From an uncultured Nitrospinaceae bacterium (GTDB taxonomy: Bacteria; UBA8248), in contig CAXFSR010000036.1 in assembly GCA_964005815.1 (NCBI GenBank), positions 57,194 through 121,193 of the forward strand: a stretch of DNA of 64,000 nucleotides, read 5' to 3'. A model generated the notes under the pieces. That model saw only the letters and a list, made by a program, of their open reading frames with translations. It did no database searches and was not told where the DNA came from. How positions within the stretch are numbered: position 1 is the stretch's first letter; every line of letters begins with the position of its first letter. The position numbers and the translations under genes were made by a program. Below, piece after piece: positions 21,391 to 31,993 of this stretch.

Positions 21391-21822
21391 TTAATCGTAC
21401 CACTCTAAAGAAGGTTGGTCAGGAGGATTATCGTACCTTTTAATTTCAATTTCTATATTATCTGGATCATAAAAATAAGTTGCATACCCAACACCAAAAG
21501 CACCTAAGTTTCTTTCTTCTCCTCTATGTACTTCGATGTCATTATCTTTCAATCTTTTAATTAACTCAAAATATTCATCCTCTTCAAGTGAAAAAGCCAC
21601 ATGATCGACTCCACTTTTTGAAAAAATATTTTCAGATATGAAAGTTTCAGAAAAAAATAAAACCAAAACATCTTCGCCTACTCTAAAAACTATTTGTTCG
21701 ATCTCCCCATCAGATATTTTTCTCCTACCTACTGGAGAAAAACCCATAATATCTCGATAAAAAGCAATAGATCGATTCAAATTACTTACTCTCAAGGCTA
21801 CGTGTTCAATCATTTTTTTCAT
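21391..21822 (-). CDS. VOC/glyoxalase family protein
   Basis: IEHVALRV, DHVAF, YFYDPDNIEIE. Confidence 0.88.
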   Translation of the reverse strand: MKKMIEHVALRVSNLNRSIAFYRDIMGFSPVGRRKISDGEIEQIVFRVGEDVLVLFFSETFISENIFSKSGVDHVAFSLEEDEYFELIKRLKDNDIEVHRGEERNLGAFGVGYATYFYDPDNIEIEIKRYDNPPDQPSLEWYD

Positions 21823-21874
21823 ACAAACCCCAAACAAAAATTAATTTAAAAGTTAATCCTATCGATTGAGAAAT

Positions 21875-22651
21875 CTAAATTAATTGCCTAACTCCATTAG
21901 CAAATTCTGGAATGGACAATGTCTGCGCATCATGACCAGGAAAAATAAGATTAGGGTTATCTGCCAAATCTTTAGCTTTATCCAGTGCTGCTAAGGCCTC
22001 GTCTACGTGTACATGAATTCCGGGAGGAATCATAGATTCAAAACTACGAAAAACGTACGCAGAATCAATAGCTAATACAGCCCACCCTTCTATAGTTCTA
22101 ATTCGTACAATTTGCAAACCAGGCGAATGTCCACCAACATGGTGCACCGAAATGCCGTCAAAGAGTTCTAACTCTCCATTTACAATTTCAAGTTGTTTAT
22201 TTTTTTCTAATGATTCCAAATCGTTCAGATCCGCTAGAAAATGATTCAAGAAATGATAATCAGAAAAATTTCCTCTCCAAAAATCAATTTCTTTTTTCTG
22301 AATATAAAAAGTCGCTGATGCATAAATACGATTTGCTGAAAAATGATCCCAGTGCAAATGAGAAATAATTACATTCTGTATATCGCTTGGTCTAATGTCG
22401 AAATTTTTTAAAAGTTCTACTGGTTTTTTATAGTCATTATAATCGAAATATCTATTCTTATAGTGTCCTTCCATAAAACCAGTATCTATCAATATAGGCG
22501 CAAGTTCCTCTTTACTTGGAACCAATAACCAAAAAAAGTAGGGCAACTTGGCTTTTCTACCTATATCTGAAAGATATAATAGAAAAGAAGCATCGCATTC
22601 ACGCCAACCCTGACAAAGTGAAAAAATACTGTACGTGATTTCGCTAGACAA
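21875..22651 (-). CDS. N-acyl homoserine lactonase-like MBL-fold hydrolase
   Basis: IDTG, SHLHWDH, GGHSPG, PGHD. Confidence 0.88.
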   Translation of the reverse strand: MSSEITYSIFSLCQGWRECDASFLLYLSDIGRKAKLPYFFWLLVPSKEELAPILIDTGFMEGHYKNRYFDYNDYKKPVELLKNFDIRPSDIQNVIISHLHWDHFSANRIYASATFYIQKKEIDFWRGNFSDYHFLNHFLADLNDLESLEKNKQLEIVNGELELFDGISVHHVGGHSPGLQIVRIRTIEGWAVLAIDSAYVFRSFESMIPPGIHVHVDEALAALDKAKDLADNPNLIFPGHDAQTLSIPEFANGVRQLI

Positions 22652-22790
22652 AAGTGATCCTCTAAAAAAATAAACTTAAACAAAAAATTAAATGTGTTTT
22701 TTTTAGATACAGCTTGATGCAAAATGATATTTTATGTCAATATAAATTGCTTCTTGCGTTATAGTTTACCGCTCAACCACGGGCATTAAA

Positions 22791-25124
22791 TTGAAAACGT
22801 TTACTTTAATTTTCTTTCCTTTTTTTATAGCTTTTCTTGTTCCTTTCCTTACGAGAACAAACAAGAAAATTGTCTTCTGGTATGCGATCGCAGTTCCTGC
22901 CATTAGCATGTTGAATTTATTTTATATTTACAGGGATTGGACATTAGCAGGGCACAAAATCCTAAAATATGAGATCCCTTGGGTACCAGATGCAGGTATA
23001 AACATAAGTTTTATTGTAGATGGTTTGAGTGTTTTTTGGGCATTTCTCATCATTATAATGTCTTTCCTTGTTATCCTGTATTCAAATTGGTACCTATCAA
23101 AGAAGGAAGACTTATCTCGATATTATTCACTCCTTATTGCGTTTATGGGTTCTATGATTGGAGTAGTCTTCTCAAATCATTTGATTTCCTTATTTGTTTT
23201 TTGGGAACTTACAAGCATAACTTCATTTTTTCTTATTGGATTCTGGTTTCAAAAACCAGAATCCAATTATGGGGCTACAAAAGCAATTCTAATTACTGGA
23301 AGCGGTGGTATTTTAATGTTAGGTGGTTTCCTCCTCCTCGCAAATTCAACTGGAGAATGGGAAATTTCAAACCTGATTTCAAATGCAAATTCTTTACATG
23401 TAGGTTCTTTTGCTACTTTATTAATCATATTAGGCGCGGTAACCAAAAGTGCTCAGTGGCCATTTCATATTTGGTTACCTAATGCGATGGAAGCTCCTAC
23501 TCCAATTAGTGCTTTTTTACATTCTGCAACAATGGTCAAGGCAGGTATTTTTTTGCTTTCTAGATTTTACCCTATTTTGTCCGGAGAATTCCTTTGGTTT
23601 TACTTGGTACCCTCTTTAGGAATAATGACTATGATTTCGGGAGGATTACTGTCTCTCCGCTCCAACGATCTTAAAGGCATTCTGGCTTATGGTACAATAA
23701 GCCAATTAGGAATGTTAACTACTTTTATTGGATTAGGCGGAATCGAGAGTATTACAGGAAGTACTCTGCATCTTTATAATCATGCGGCAGCAAAAGCAGG
23801 TATGTTTATGGTTATAGGTATTATTGACCATGAATGTGGAACAAGAGATGTTAGAAAACTAAGCAATCTCAAAGAATCAATGCCAATTTGTCATATTCTT
23901 CTTCTTGTCTGTGCCCTGAGTTTAATGGGAACACCTCCGACAGGCGGATTTATAACAAAGGAGATGCTTTACACCGTAAGCTTAAAATTTGGCACTAACA
24001 ATTTCTCTTCTTTCGGACTCCCTTTACTAATTTTAGTTGGAGGAATAATCACGGTTCTTTATCACCTGAGACTTGTAGGTGAAGTTTTCTGGAAAAAGAA
24101 AAACGTGAAACCTCCGAAGAATCCACATGACCCAAGTTTTGGTTTTCTAATTGCACCTATCATTTTAACTTTTTTTGTTCTGATTTTTGGTATTTTCCCT
24201 GGGTTGTTTGAAAATGAAACATTTCATCTTGCTATAATGTCGACAATGGGGAAAGGAATCACAAACCATATACATTTTAAACTTTGGCATGGATTCAATT
24301 TAGAATTGCTTATGTCTACCATTGCACTTAGTCTCGGAATTCTTTGTTATGTAAAATTCGACAAAATCAATTTTTTCCAAAATCTATTAAGTAAAAAAAT
24401 TCATATATTTGGCCCTGATCGAATCTATAATGCTTTCATCAATCATGTTGAAAAAGGAACGTGGAAATATCTTCTCTTGATACAAAGCGGCAATTTAAAG
24501 AAGTATCTTCGTTGGATGTGGATTGCTCCTATTCTTACGATTTTTTATGTTTGTCTCAATTTAAATTGGAACAAAATTATAATTTCTGCTCATACTATCG
24601 AAATCAATTTTTCCCTAGCCTTATGTTTGCTTATATCGATTAGTGCACTTGGAACTGGATTAATCAGCAAAAGAATACCTGCAATTTTAACCTTAGGAAT
24701 AACCGGATATGCTATCGCGGGACTTTTCCTGATTCTGAAAGCTCCTGATCTTGCACTTACTATGATTATGATTGAAACCGCTTCAGTAGCACTTTTTCTT
24801 CTTGTCTTTTACCACATGCCAGACTCTTCCCCGGAAAAAAATACGACTTCGAAAAAAATGAGAGATTGGGGAATCTCTATTTCTATTGGTGCAACCGTAT
24901 GTATTGGAATGTTCTTGAGTATGACTTCTAAAGAATTCAGCACCATCTCTACCTATTTTTTAGAAACCAGCAAACCTTTAGCAGGTTTTAAAAATGTAGT
25001 AAACGCAATCATAGTAGACTATAGGGGATACGATACATTAGGTGAAATAACGGTTCTAGTTATTGCAGGAATTGCAATCTCTGCAATCGTTCAAATCATG
25101 AGGAAATTTAATTGCGATCACTAA
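22791..25124 (+). CDS. mrpA: Mrp Na+/H+ antiporter subunit A
   Basis: FWELTS, KSAQWPFHIWLPNAMEAPTPISAFLHSATMVKAG, NVVNAIIVDYRGYDTLGE. Confidence 0.95.
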   Translation: MKTFTLIFFPFFIAFLVPFLTRTNKKIVFWYAIAVPAISMLNLFYIYRDWTLAGHKILKYEIPWVPDAGINISFIVDGLSVFWAFLIIIMSFLVILYSNWYLSKKEDLSRYYSLLIAFMGSMIGVVFSNHLISLFVFWELTSITSFFLIGFWFQKPESNYGATKAILITGSGGILMLGGFLLLANSTGEWEISNLISNANSLHVGSFATLLIILGAVTKSAQWPFHIWLPNAMEAPTPISAFLHSATMVKAGIFLLSRFYPILSGEFLWFYLVPSLGIMTMISGGLLSLRSNDLKGILAYGTISQLGMLTTFIGLGGIESITGSTLHLYNHAAAKAGMFMVIGIIDHECGTRDVRKLSNLKESMPICHILLLVCALSLMGTPPTGGFITKEMLYTVSLKFGTNNFSSFGLPLLILVGGIITVLYHLRLVGEVFWKKKNVKPPKNPHDPSFGFLIAPIILTFFVLIFGIFPGLFENETFHLAIMSTMGKGITNHIHFKLWHGFNLELLMSTIALSLGILCYVKFDKINFFQNLLSKKIHIFGPDRIYNAFINHVEKGTWKYLLLIQSGNLKKYLRWMWIAPILTIFYVCLNLNWNKIIISAHTIEINFSLALCLLISISALGTGLISKRIPAILTLGITGYAIAGLFLILKAPDLALTMIMIETASVALFLLVFYHMPDSSPEKNTTSKKMRDWGISISIGATVCIGMFLSMTSKEFSTISTYFLETSKPLAGFKNVVNAIIVDYRGYDTLGEITVLVIAGIAISAIVQIMRKFNCDH

Positions 25125-25528
25125 TTCTTCAAACAACAGCGCCTATTGTGCTTCATTTGACGATGATTTTTTCACTCTACATCCTTCTTTACGGTCATGA
25201 TCAGCCTGGCGGTGGATTTATCGCTGGAATAATGACCTCAATAGGTATTGTACTACAATGGGTCGCATTTGGAACAAAAGAAGCACTAAAAAGATTTAAC
25301 TGGAAATGGGATAATGTATTTATGGTAGGTCTGCTTATATCAACACTGACAGGTCTCTATGGTTACTTTTCCAATGGGTTTCTAAAAAGTTCGATCTACA
25401 AGATAAACTTAGTGTTGATAGGTGAAATAAAGATTTTTACTGCTTTTATTTTTGATGTTGGTGTCTATTTAGTGGTAGTTGGTGTTTTGATGTTTATTTT
25501 TACAAATTTTTGCTCCGAAAAACCATAA
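25112..25528 (+). CDS. mrpB: Mrp antiporter subunit B
   Basis: GHDQPGGGFIAG, FDVGVYLVV. Confidence 0.93.
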   Translation: MRSLILQTTAPIVLHLTMIFSLYILLYGHDQPGGGFIAGIMTSIGIVLQWVAFGTKEALKRFNWKWDNVFMVGLLISTLTGLYGYFSNGFLKSSIYKINLVLIGEIKIFTAFIFDVGVYLVVVGVLMFIFTNFCSEKP

Positions 25529-25541
25529 AAGAAGAAGGAAA

Positions 25542-25892
25542 ATGTTTCTAATACTTCCCCTAACTATAGGTATTCTGGTCGCAGTTAGTGTGTACTTAAT
25601 TATACAGAGAAGATTAATTAAATTAGTATTGGGTTTTGCGATGTTATCACATGCGACTAATTTAATGATCATGGCATCTGGTTGGGTACAGGATGGAAAA
25701 CCACCAATTCTCCCTGTAGAAAAAATTTCAGTACAGGCCCAGATGTACGTTGACCCACTTCCTCAAGCAATGGTTTTAACTGCAATAGTTATTAGTCTCG
25801 CGGTTATTGCTTTTTTATTGACCGTTGCACTAAATATGCAGAGAAATTTTAAAACAGACAACATAGATGAATATAGAAGGCTTAAGGGATGA
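25542..25892 (+). CDS. mrpC: Mrp antiporter subunit C
   Basis: DPLPQAMVLTAIVIS. Confidence 0.94.
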   Translation: MFLILPLTIGILVAVSVYLIIQRRLIKLVLGFAMLSHATNLMIMASGWVQDGKPPILPVEKISVQAQMYVDPLPQAMVLTAIVISLAVIAFLLTVALNMQRNFKTDNIDEYRRLKG

Positions 25893-27364
25893 ATAATTTA
25901 CTTCCCATTTTCGTTGTATTACCCCTAATCACAGGCATTGTGACCTATTTGCTTGTTGGCAATTTGAGAATACAGGAAAAAATCAGCTTTGCATCCTTAT
26001 TCATAAATTTTATGCTATCAGCTATCTTATTTTTTGACATAATGAAAGGAAACATCTATACCCATCAAATGGGTCTCTGGCCATTTCCTTATGGCATTAT
26101 CCTCATAGCTGATAAACTCTCATCTACTATGCTTTGTATTTCCTCTTCAATTATTGGTATCTGCGTTTTATATTCCAAAAGTTATTTTACTAAAGAAAAC
26201 AATTTAAAAATTTTTCAACCACTTATCCATTTTCTTCTTATGGGTATTCAGGGATGTTTTCTTACTGGAGATCTGTTCAATCTATTCGTTTTCTTTGAAG
26301 TATTACTTATTTCAACATACGCTTTGTTAGCCTGCTACCACTCCCTTGAACAATTAGAAATGTCTTTCAAGTTCACATGTATCAATTTAGTAGCATCTGC
26401 ATTTTTCTTGGCAGGAATTTCTTTTATATATGCACAAGTTGGGACAGTAAATATGGCTGACTTATCAATAAAACTATCGACACTAGATTATAATCCAATG
26501 ATTATAATTACTGCTTTAATTTTTGTATTAGTCTTTAGTGTTAAAGGAGCTATCTTCCCAATGCACCTTTGGCTCCCATCTGCTCACTCTACTGCACATA
26601 CCCCAGTCAGTGCTATTCTTGCAGGAGTCCTAGTAAAGGTAGGCATTTATGCCATTATTCGATGTCAAACATTAATCTTCATAAAACAATTTTTTTACTT
26701 CCAACATGTTCTTTTGTTTTTTGCGATTCTCACTATCTTTATCGGTGCCTTCGGGACTCTTCCCCAAAAAAACTTAAAACGTATTCTTGCATACAGTACG
26801 ATCAATCAGCTTGGATTTATCAGTCTAGGAATTGCATTTCTCTCGCCTCCTGCATTAACAGCAACGATTTTTTTCATAGTTGTGCACTCTTACCTTAAAA
26901 GCTCAGTTTTACTGGCTGCGGGTATTAACTATAAAATTACAGGAACAGAGAACCTAGATGAAATGGGAGGTTTAATGAAAAAAACCCCCTTTCTTAGTAT
27001 CTTAATGCTTATTAGTTTTCTGTCTTTAGCAGGCATTCCACCCTTAAATGGTTTTTTTGCAAAAATATTTATTTTTCAAGCAGGCTTTTCTTCTGGATTT
27101 ACTTTAATAACTTCTTTAGCTTTAATTTTAGGTATTATCTCTCTTTTTTATAATTTTAAAACTTATCAAAGGATGGCATGGGGAGAAGGAAAAAATAACC
27201 TTAAAAAAGCCCCTCCGACAATGTATATATGCGTTACTATTCTTACTTTTTTCGCGGTCGTTTTTGGAATCGGTGCAACTTGGCTTTATGATTGGGCCAG
27301 TATGGTTTCTGAACAAATTTCCAACCCTCAATTTTATATTAATGCTATGAAAACACTTACTTAG
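25889..27364 (+). CDS. mrpD: Mrp antiporter subunit D
   Basis: DLFNLFVFFE, WLPSAH, GIPPLNGF. Confidence 0.94.
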   Translation: MNNLLPIFVVLPLITGIVTYLLVGNLRIQEKISFASLFINFMLSAILFFDIMKGNIYTHQMGLWPFPYGIILIADKLSSTMLCISSSIIGICVLYSKSYFTKENNLKIFQPLIHFLLMGIQGCFLTGDLFNLFVFFEVLLISTYALLACYHSLEQLEMSFKFTCINLVASAFFLAGISFIYAQVGTVNMADLSIKLSTLDYNPMIIITALIFVLVFSVKGAIFPMHLWLPSAHSTAHTPVSAILAGVLVKVGIYAIIRCQTLIFIKQFFYFQHVLLFFAILTIFIGAFGTLPQKNLKRILAYSTINQLGFISLGIAFLSPPALTATIFFIVVHSYLKSSVLLAAGINYKITGTENLDEMGGLMKKTPFLSILMLISFLSLAGIPPLNGFFAKIFIFQAGFSSGFTLITSLALILGIISLFYNFKTYQRMAWGEGKNNLKKAPPTMYICVTILTFFAVVFGIGATWLYDWASMVSEQISNPQFYINAMKTLT

Positions 27365-27374
27365 GAGTAAAGCT

Positions 27375-27881
27375 TTGCCTATAGCAACTTTAACAATATC
27401 GATAGCCGCTATTTGGATTTTAATGCGAGGCACAGGAAATTTGAGTGACTTTTTTACAGGTATTATTATTGCAATTCTTATCATACTCTTTTTATGGAAG
27501 AGTTATGAACACAAGAAAAGATTGATAAGGAGAAATGAAAAAAAAGAAAAAAATATCTTACGTTTGATTTACACATTAAGATTCGTTTTTAGTTTTTTGT
27601 GGGAATTAATAATAGCCAATTTGCAAGTTATGATTATTGTTATAAAGCCGAATCTTTCTATACAGCCAGGAATTTTTGCTTTCAAAACTCGTTGCAAATC
27701 ACCTTTAGGAATAACTTCACTAGCTAACTCTATCACCTTAACTCCTGGAACACTTAGCATAGATGTTTCAGACGAATCTAAAATAATTTATGTACACACT
27801 CTTGATTCAAAAGATCTAAAAGAAATGAAAATTAGAATCCAAAAAAGGCTTGAAGATCCTATTTTAGGAGCATTTGAATGA
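27375..27881 (+). CDS. mrpE: Mrp antiporter subunit E
   Basis: ANSITLTPGT. Confidence 0.93.
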   Translation: MPIATLTISIAAIWILMRGTGNLSDFFTGIIIAILIILFLWKSYEHKKRLIRRNEKKEKNILRLIYTLRFVFSFLWELIIANLQVMIIVIKPNLSIQPGIFAFKTRCKSPLGITSLANSITLTPGTLSIDVSDESKIIYVHTLDSKDLKEMKIRIQKRLEDPILGAFE

Positions 27882-28147
27882 TCGAAGTAACGATTCAGGT
27901 TTCAATGATTATGTTAGTCATATCTGTCTTTATAGCTCTATATCGCTTTTTCAAAGGTCCAACAACCGCAGATAAAGTTATTGCAGCTGATACTATAGTG
28001 ACAAACGGAAAAGGAATTATTGCTCTTTATGCTATTTACTCTGGAAATAAAATATTTGTGATTGTTGTTCTCACCCTTACAATTTTAAGCTTTGTTGGAA
28101 CAACCTTATATGCGAAATTTCACGACCGGGGGAAAATAATTGATTGA
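27878..28147 (+). CDS. mrpF: Mrp antiporter subunit F
   Basis: GPTTADKVIAAD; operon position. Confidence 0.92.
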   Translation: MIEVTIQVSMIMLVISVFIALYRFFKGPTTADKVIAADTIVTNGKGIIALYAIYSGNKIFVIVVLTLTILSFVGTTLYAKFHDRGKIID

Positions 28148-28514
28148 AATTCTAACAGCTACAGTTATGTTTATCGGTGCATTTTTTATGTTAGTCGCAA
28201 GCGTAGGTTTGATTCGTCTTCCAGACGTATATTCCAGGATGCATGCGGCAACAAAAGCAACTACGTTGGGTTTAGGAGGCATACTTCTTTCTACCATCTT
28301 ATCTTTTCAAACATTAGACGTTACTACTCAGGCCCTCTTAGCAATATTCTTTCTTTTCATAACAGCTCCTGTTGCAGCACACCTGATCTCTCGTTCAGCA
28401 TATCATAGAGGCCCCGATTTATTTGATGAAACAACATTGGACGAATACAAAAGTCACATAGAAAAAATAAGGAAATTGGAAGATAATCAAGACAAAAAAG
28501 TAGAGAAAAAATAA
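28140..28514 (+). CDS. mrpG: Mrp antiporter subunit G
   Basis: RLPDVYSRMHAATK, TAPVAAH. Confidence 0.94.
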   Translation: MIEILTATVMFIGAFFMLVASVGLIRLPDVYSRMHAATKATTLGLGGILLSTILSFQTLDVTTQALLAIFFLFITAPVAAHLISRSAYHRGPDLFDETTLDEYKSHIEKIRKLEDNQDKKVEKK

Positions 28515-28580
28515 TTTAAGAATAACATTTCACCCCAAAATAAGTGTACATTCAAATACAAAATTGGAGAAACTATTGAA

Positions 28581-29414
28581 ATGACAGAAGAATTCTTTTT
28601 AGAAAGAGATGGGATAAAACTACACGGAATAGATCATGGCGGTGACAAAAAACCTATTCTTTTATTAGTTCATGGAGCAGCAGCTCATGCAAAATGGTGG
28701 GATTTCGTTGCACCGCATTATATGGACAAATTTAGACCAGTAGCAATGGATCTTCGAGGACATGGCAACAGTGACTGGGCAGAAGAATACTCCTATGATG
28801 ATTTTGCAAAAGATTTAGAATTTTGGATAGATTGGGCCTACAAAGAAACGAACAAGAAACCTTTCCTTCTAGCTCATTCAATGGGCGGAGGAATTTCTTT
28901 ACGATTAACAGCTACAAACTCTCCCAATATTACTTCCATGATTGTAGTAGATTCTCCATTTCATATTAACGAAAGGATTCTTAAAGAGATGAACGCCTTC
29001 GGGAGTAGACCAAGTCGTCCTTGGGCTACCCTAGAATTATTTATAGAAAAATTCAGAATGATTCCTGCTTCTGGTAAAGCTAAAGAAGAACACTTAGAAC
29101 ATATAGCCAAGCATAGCGTTCGACAGTTGAAAGATGGAACATGGTTATTAAAAGCAGATCGTTCTTTTCATTCTAAGCGTGGGGGATCCGACTTAGTAAA
29201 AGGTTGGCTAAATTTAAAAGTACCTGGATTACTGGTAATTGGCGAACTTTCAGACAGGATTACAACGGAGGACATTGAATGGGCAAAACAAAACTTGAAA
29301 AATGTACAAATCAAGATCATTAAAGGTGCACATCATCATGTATATATTGATGAACCAGACGAATTTGTTAGGGTAACAAAAGAATTCTTAAATTCAATTC
29401 TTTCTTTAAATTAA
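28581..29414 (+). CDS. Alpha/beta hydrolase
   Basis: LVHG, DLRGHG, AHSMGG, AHHH. Confidence 0.9.
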   Translation: MTEEFFLERDGIKLHGIDHGGDKKPILLLVHGAAAHAKWWDFVAPHYMDKFRPVAMDLRGHGNSDWAEEYSYDDFAKDLEFWIDWAYKETNKKPFLLAHSMGGGISLRLTATNSPNITSMIVVDSPFHINERILKEMNAFGSRPSRPWATLELFIEKFRMIPASGKAKEEHLEHIAKHSVRQLKDGTWLLKADRSFHSKRGGSDLVKGWLNLKVPGLLVIGELSDRITTEDIEWAKQNLKNVQIKIIKGAHHHVYIDEPDEFVRVTKEFLNSILSLN

Positions 29415-29432
29415 AAATTTCATCCTAAACAT

Positions 29433-30227
29433 TTAAACAATTGCAACAGGTCGTACTGGAGAGCCTGTTCCACCTCTTAATTTTAAGGGCAAACAAACAA
29501 ACAAAAATTCATAGGTTCTTGTTTGCGACAATTCTTCAAGCATTAAAATCTCAATTAGATGTATCCCATGCTCTACTAGCATATGACAGTGCACAGGAAT
29601 TGAAGGATTGGGCATAACCTCCACCCCAAAATTATCTGAACCTACCATTGCAATTCCTTGCTCACTAAGCCATTTTGCTGCCTCAAGATTAATACCTGGC
29701 ACACCTCCTGTCTGAGTATAAAATTCTTTGTTAGGCCAGATTTGCATATGTCCTGTTCTTATAAGAACAACATCCCCTGATTTTATCTCAGTTCCTTGAG
29801 AAGCACTTGCTTTCAAAAGATCATCTCTTCCAATCGCTCTTCCTGGTTCTAAGATTTCTTTGTCAAAATGTCTTGCCACATCAATTAAAACTCCCCTTCT
29901 ACAAATAGGGGCAACTGTTTCTATTCCATATTCTGAAAAACCATTTATTTTGTTTTGTACTTTAGTTGCATCTACACCATTATACAGTTGCATATCTTTC
30001 GAGATATGACATATCGCATCAATATGCGTACCTGTGTGTCCACTACAAAAAAAAACATCCACAGAGGCACAAGCACCGTCTTCAAACATTGAGTCTCCAT
30101 GTTCACGTATTAAAGAACAAGAATAAGGAGCATGGAGCGGAACATGAGGCATTCCTGGAAACATTTCTACACCTAGGTCAAAAACGGTACAACTTTTAGC
30201 TAAACTCTCAATATCTTCTAGGTGCAC
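29433..30227 (-). CDS. Cyclase / kynurenine formamidase-like metal-dependent hydrolase
   Basis: HTGTHIDA, GSPVRPVA. Confidence 0.9.
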   Translation of the reverse strand: MHLEDIESLAKSCTVFDLGVEMFPGMPHVPLHAPYSCSLIREHGDSMFEDGACASVDVFFCSGHTGTHIDAICHISKDMQLYNGVDATKVQNKINGFSEYGIETVAPICRRGVLIDVARHFDKEILEPGRAIGRDDLLKASASQGTEIKSGDVVLIRTGHMQIWPNKEFYTQTGGVPGINLEAAKWLSEQGIAMVGSDNFGVEVMPNPSIPVHCHMLVEHGIHLIEILMLEELSQTRTYEFLFVCLPLKLRGGTGSPVRPVAIV

Positions 30228-30323
30228 AATCTTTCCTCCTCAAGAATTAGAGATAAATTTGCTATTTAAGTTTTTTATAACATACCCTAGAATGCATTGA
30301 AATATATTTAGGAATCTAAGTAA

Positions 30324-30746
30324 ATGATATGGTTAACTGTTTATTTCCACCCGATAATACAAATCACAACATTACTTTTGGGTTTCTACGTCCTAAAACT
30401 TGGACTTACATTAAGAAAGAACAGACTTACAAGAACAACCTTTCCAAGAGCAGTTCTTCTTGAACGACATATACGTTTAGCCAGAATTTTTGTCATACTA
30501 TTCACTATTGGATACTTTCTTGGTTTATTAGAAATGCAATTCGTTTTAAAAAAACCTTTATTTAATACTTTCCATAGTTTTCTAGGAACGCTTACATTAA
30601 TTTTTTTATACTTAACAGCATTTTTAGGCAGATCAATCCGAAGAAAACAAAATGAAAAATTTAGAGAACTTCACAGATTTTGTGCTTTTATTGGAATGTT
30701 CTTAGCATTGACAACCGGATTTGCTGGTATAGGTTTATTGCCATAA
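30324..30746 (+). CDS. Small 4-TM membrane protein (cytochrome b561-like/DUF4079-like)
   Basis: Four hydrophobic segments with spaced His (HP, RH, FH, LH). Confidence 0.6.
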   Translation: MIWLTVYFHPIIQITTLLLGFYVLKLGLTLRKNRLTRTTFPRAVLLERHIRLARIFVILFTIGYFLGLLEMQFVLKKPLFNTFHSFLGTLTLIFLYLTAFLGRSIRRKQNEKFRELHRFCAFIGMFLALTTGFAGIGLLP

Positions 30747-30752
30747 GACAAT

Positions 30753-31877
30753 TTATTGAACCATTCCTCTAGCTGAAATTGGCAATATAACTTCTAAAAA
30801 ACCTTTCTCCATACCTCCTCTAATGCCATAAAAATAATCGAAGAGATTTATCGTAGTATCACAATGACTTGGCTGAAAAAGTAAAGAATCACCTAACTTT
30901 GGCATTGGACCCAACGAATCCACTGTAATTATTCCATGTTCATCACTAGCTGAAATATAGGTAGCCTCTTCGATGTCGTAACAGGATGCAAAACCACTGT
31001 CAGACGAAAGACTTTTATGTCCTGCATCAATGATAAATTTTTTATCTTCAGGAAAACTAATGATTGTAGATAGCACGAATAAACTCGCTTGAAAATCTTC
31101 GTAAAATTGTTCTTGTCTTCCTCCAATACTCCTATAATGTGAATCCATAAATAAGTAACTTCCTGCTTGAACTTCATTTAAAATTTCAGAATCTAAGTCC
31201 CAATTCCATGTTCCAGTTCCTCCACCAGTTCTAACATCAAAATTCAATCCATTTTTTTTAAATTCATAAACACTCTCTTCCATCATAGTGATTGAATTTC
31301 TATATTTCTTCTCTCTTTCATTAAATCCTTCAATATGTTGCGCCTTGCCGTTATAAGCTTGGAACCCACGCAAATTTATTGAAGGCAATTCATCAATTTT
31401 TTTTGCTAGAGAAACTGCTTCATCAACTGTTCTAACCCCACAACGACCTTGTCCAACATCAATATCAACAAGTACTCCAATGTCGCTTTCATTTTTTTCC
31501 ATTATTTTAGAAAGTAATTCAGCTCCCTGAATATGATCAACAACTAACATCAAATCACAATTCTTTGATAAAAAGGAAACACGTTCTATCTTTGCAGGAG
31601 AGACAATTTCACTGCTTAAGAGGATATTCTCTATCCCATCCTCTTGCATAACTTCTGCCTCACTTACTTTTTGACAACAAATACCTATTGCTCCCATTTC
31701 TATCTGTTTTTTAGCAATCAGCGGACTTTTATGTGTTTTCGAATGAGGACGTAAATTGATCAAACTATTTTGAAAATTTGAAGCCATTTTTTTCAGATTT
31801 TCTTCCATTACATCAAGATCAATCAACAAAACCGGAGTCTGCAAATCTCGAACAGGAGTCCCTATTTGTTCGCTCAA
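30753..31877 (-). CDS. DSD1/D-threonine aldolase family PLP enzyme
   Basis: TPVLLID, RPHSKTHK, GGGTG, QAGSY, HCDTT. Confidence 0.9.
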   Translation of the reverse strand: MSEQIGTPVRDLQTPVLLIDLDVMEENLKKMASNFQNSLINLRPHSKTHKSPLIAKKQIEMGAIGICCQKVSEAEVMQEDGIENILLSSEIVSPAKIERVSFLSKNCDLMLVVDHIQGAELLSKIMEKNESDIGVLVDIDVGQGRCGVRTVDEAVSLAKKIDELPSINLRGFQAYNGKAQHIEGFNEREKKYRNSITMMEESVYEFKKNGLNFDVRTGGGTGTWNWDLDSEILNEVQAGSYLFMDSHYRSIGGRQEQFYEDFQASLFVLSTIISFPEDKKFIIDAGHKSLSSDSGFASCYDIEEATYISASDEHGIITVDSLGPMPKLGDSLLFQPSHCDTTINLFDYFYGIRGGMEKGFLEVILPISARGMVQ

Positions 31878-31993
31878 GAAAATACCTCTAAAATTTATAA
31901 AGTTTTAATATAGTTATTTAATTTTATATACTTGCTCAAAAAAAAACCATAAAGCATTATTATACGAAAAATATTATTAAAAGAGGAATACAA

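Noticed and set aside
22740..22790. Possible Na+/pH-responsive RNA element upstream of mrpA
   Set aside because: Only a short GC patch with weak pairing; I cannot match a riboswitch consensus without an Rfam/Infernal search.
22979..23482. 167-aa alternate-frame ORF in mrpA and other short overlapping/antisense ORFs in the track
   Set aside because: They lie inside well-supported genes and have no motifs; treated as shadow ORFs.
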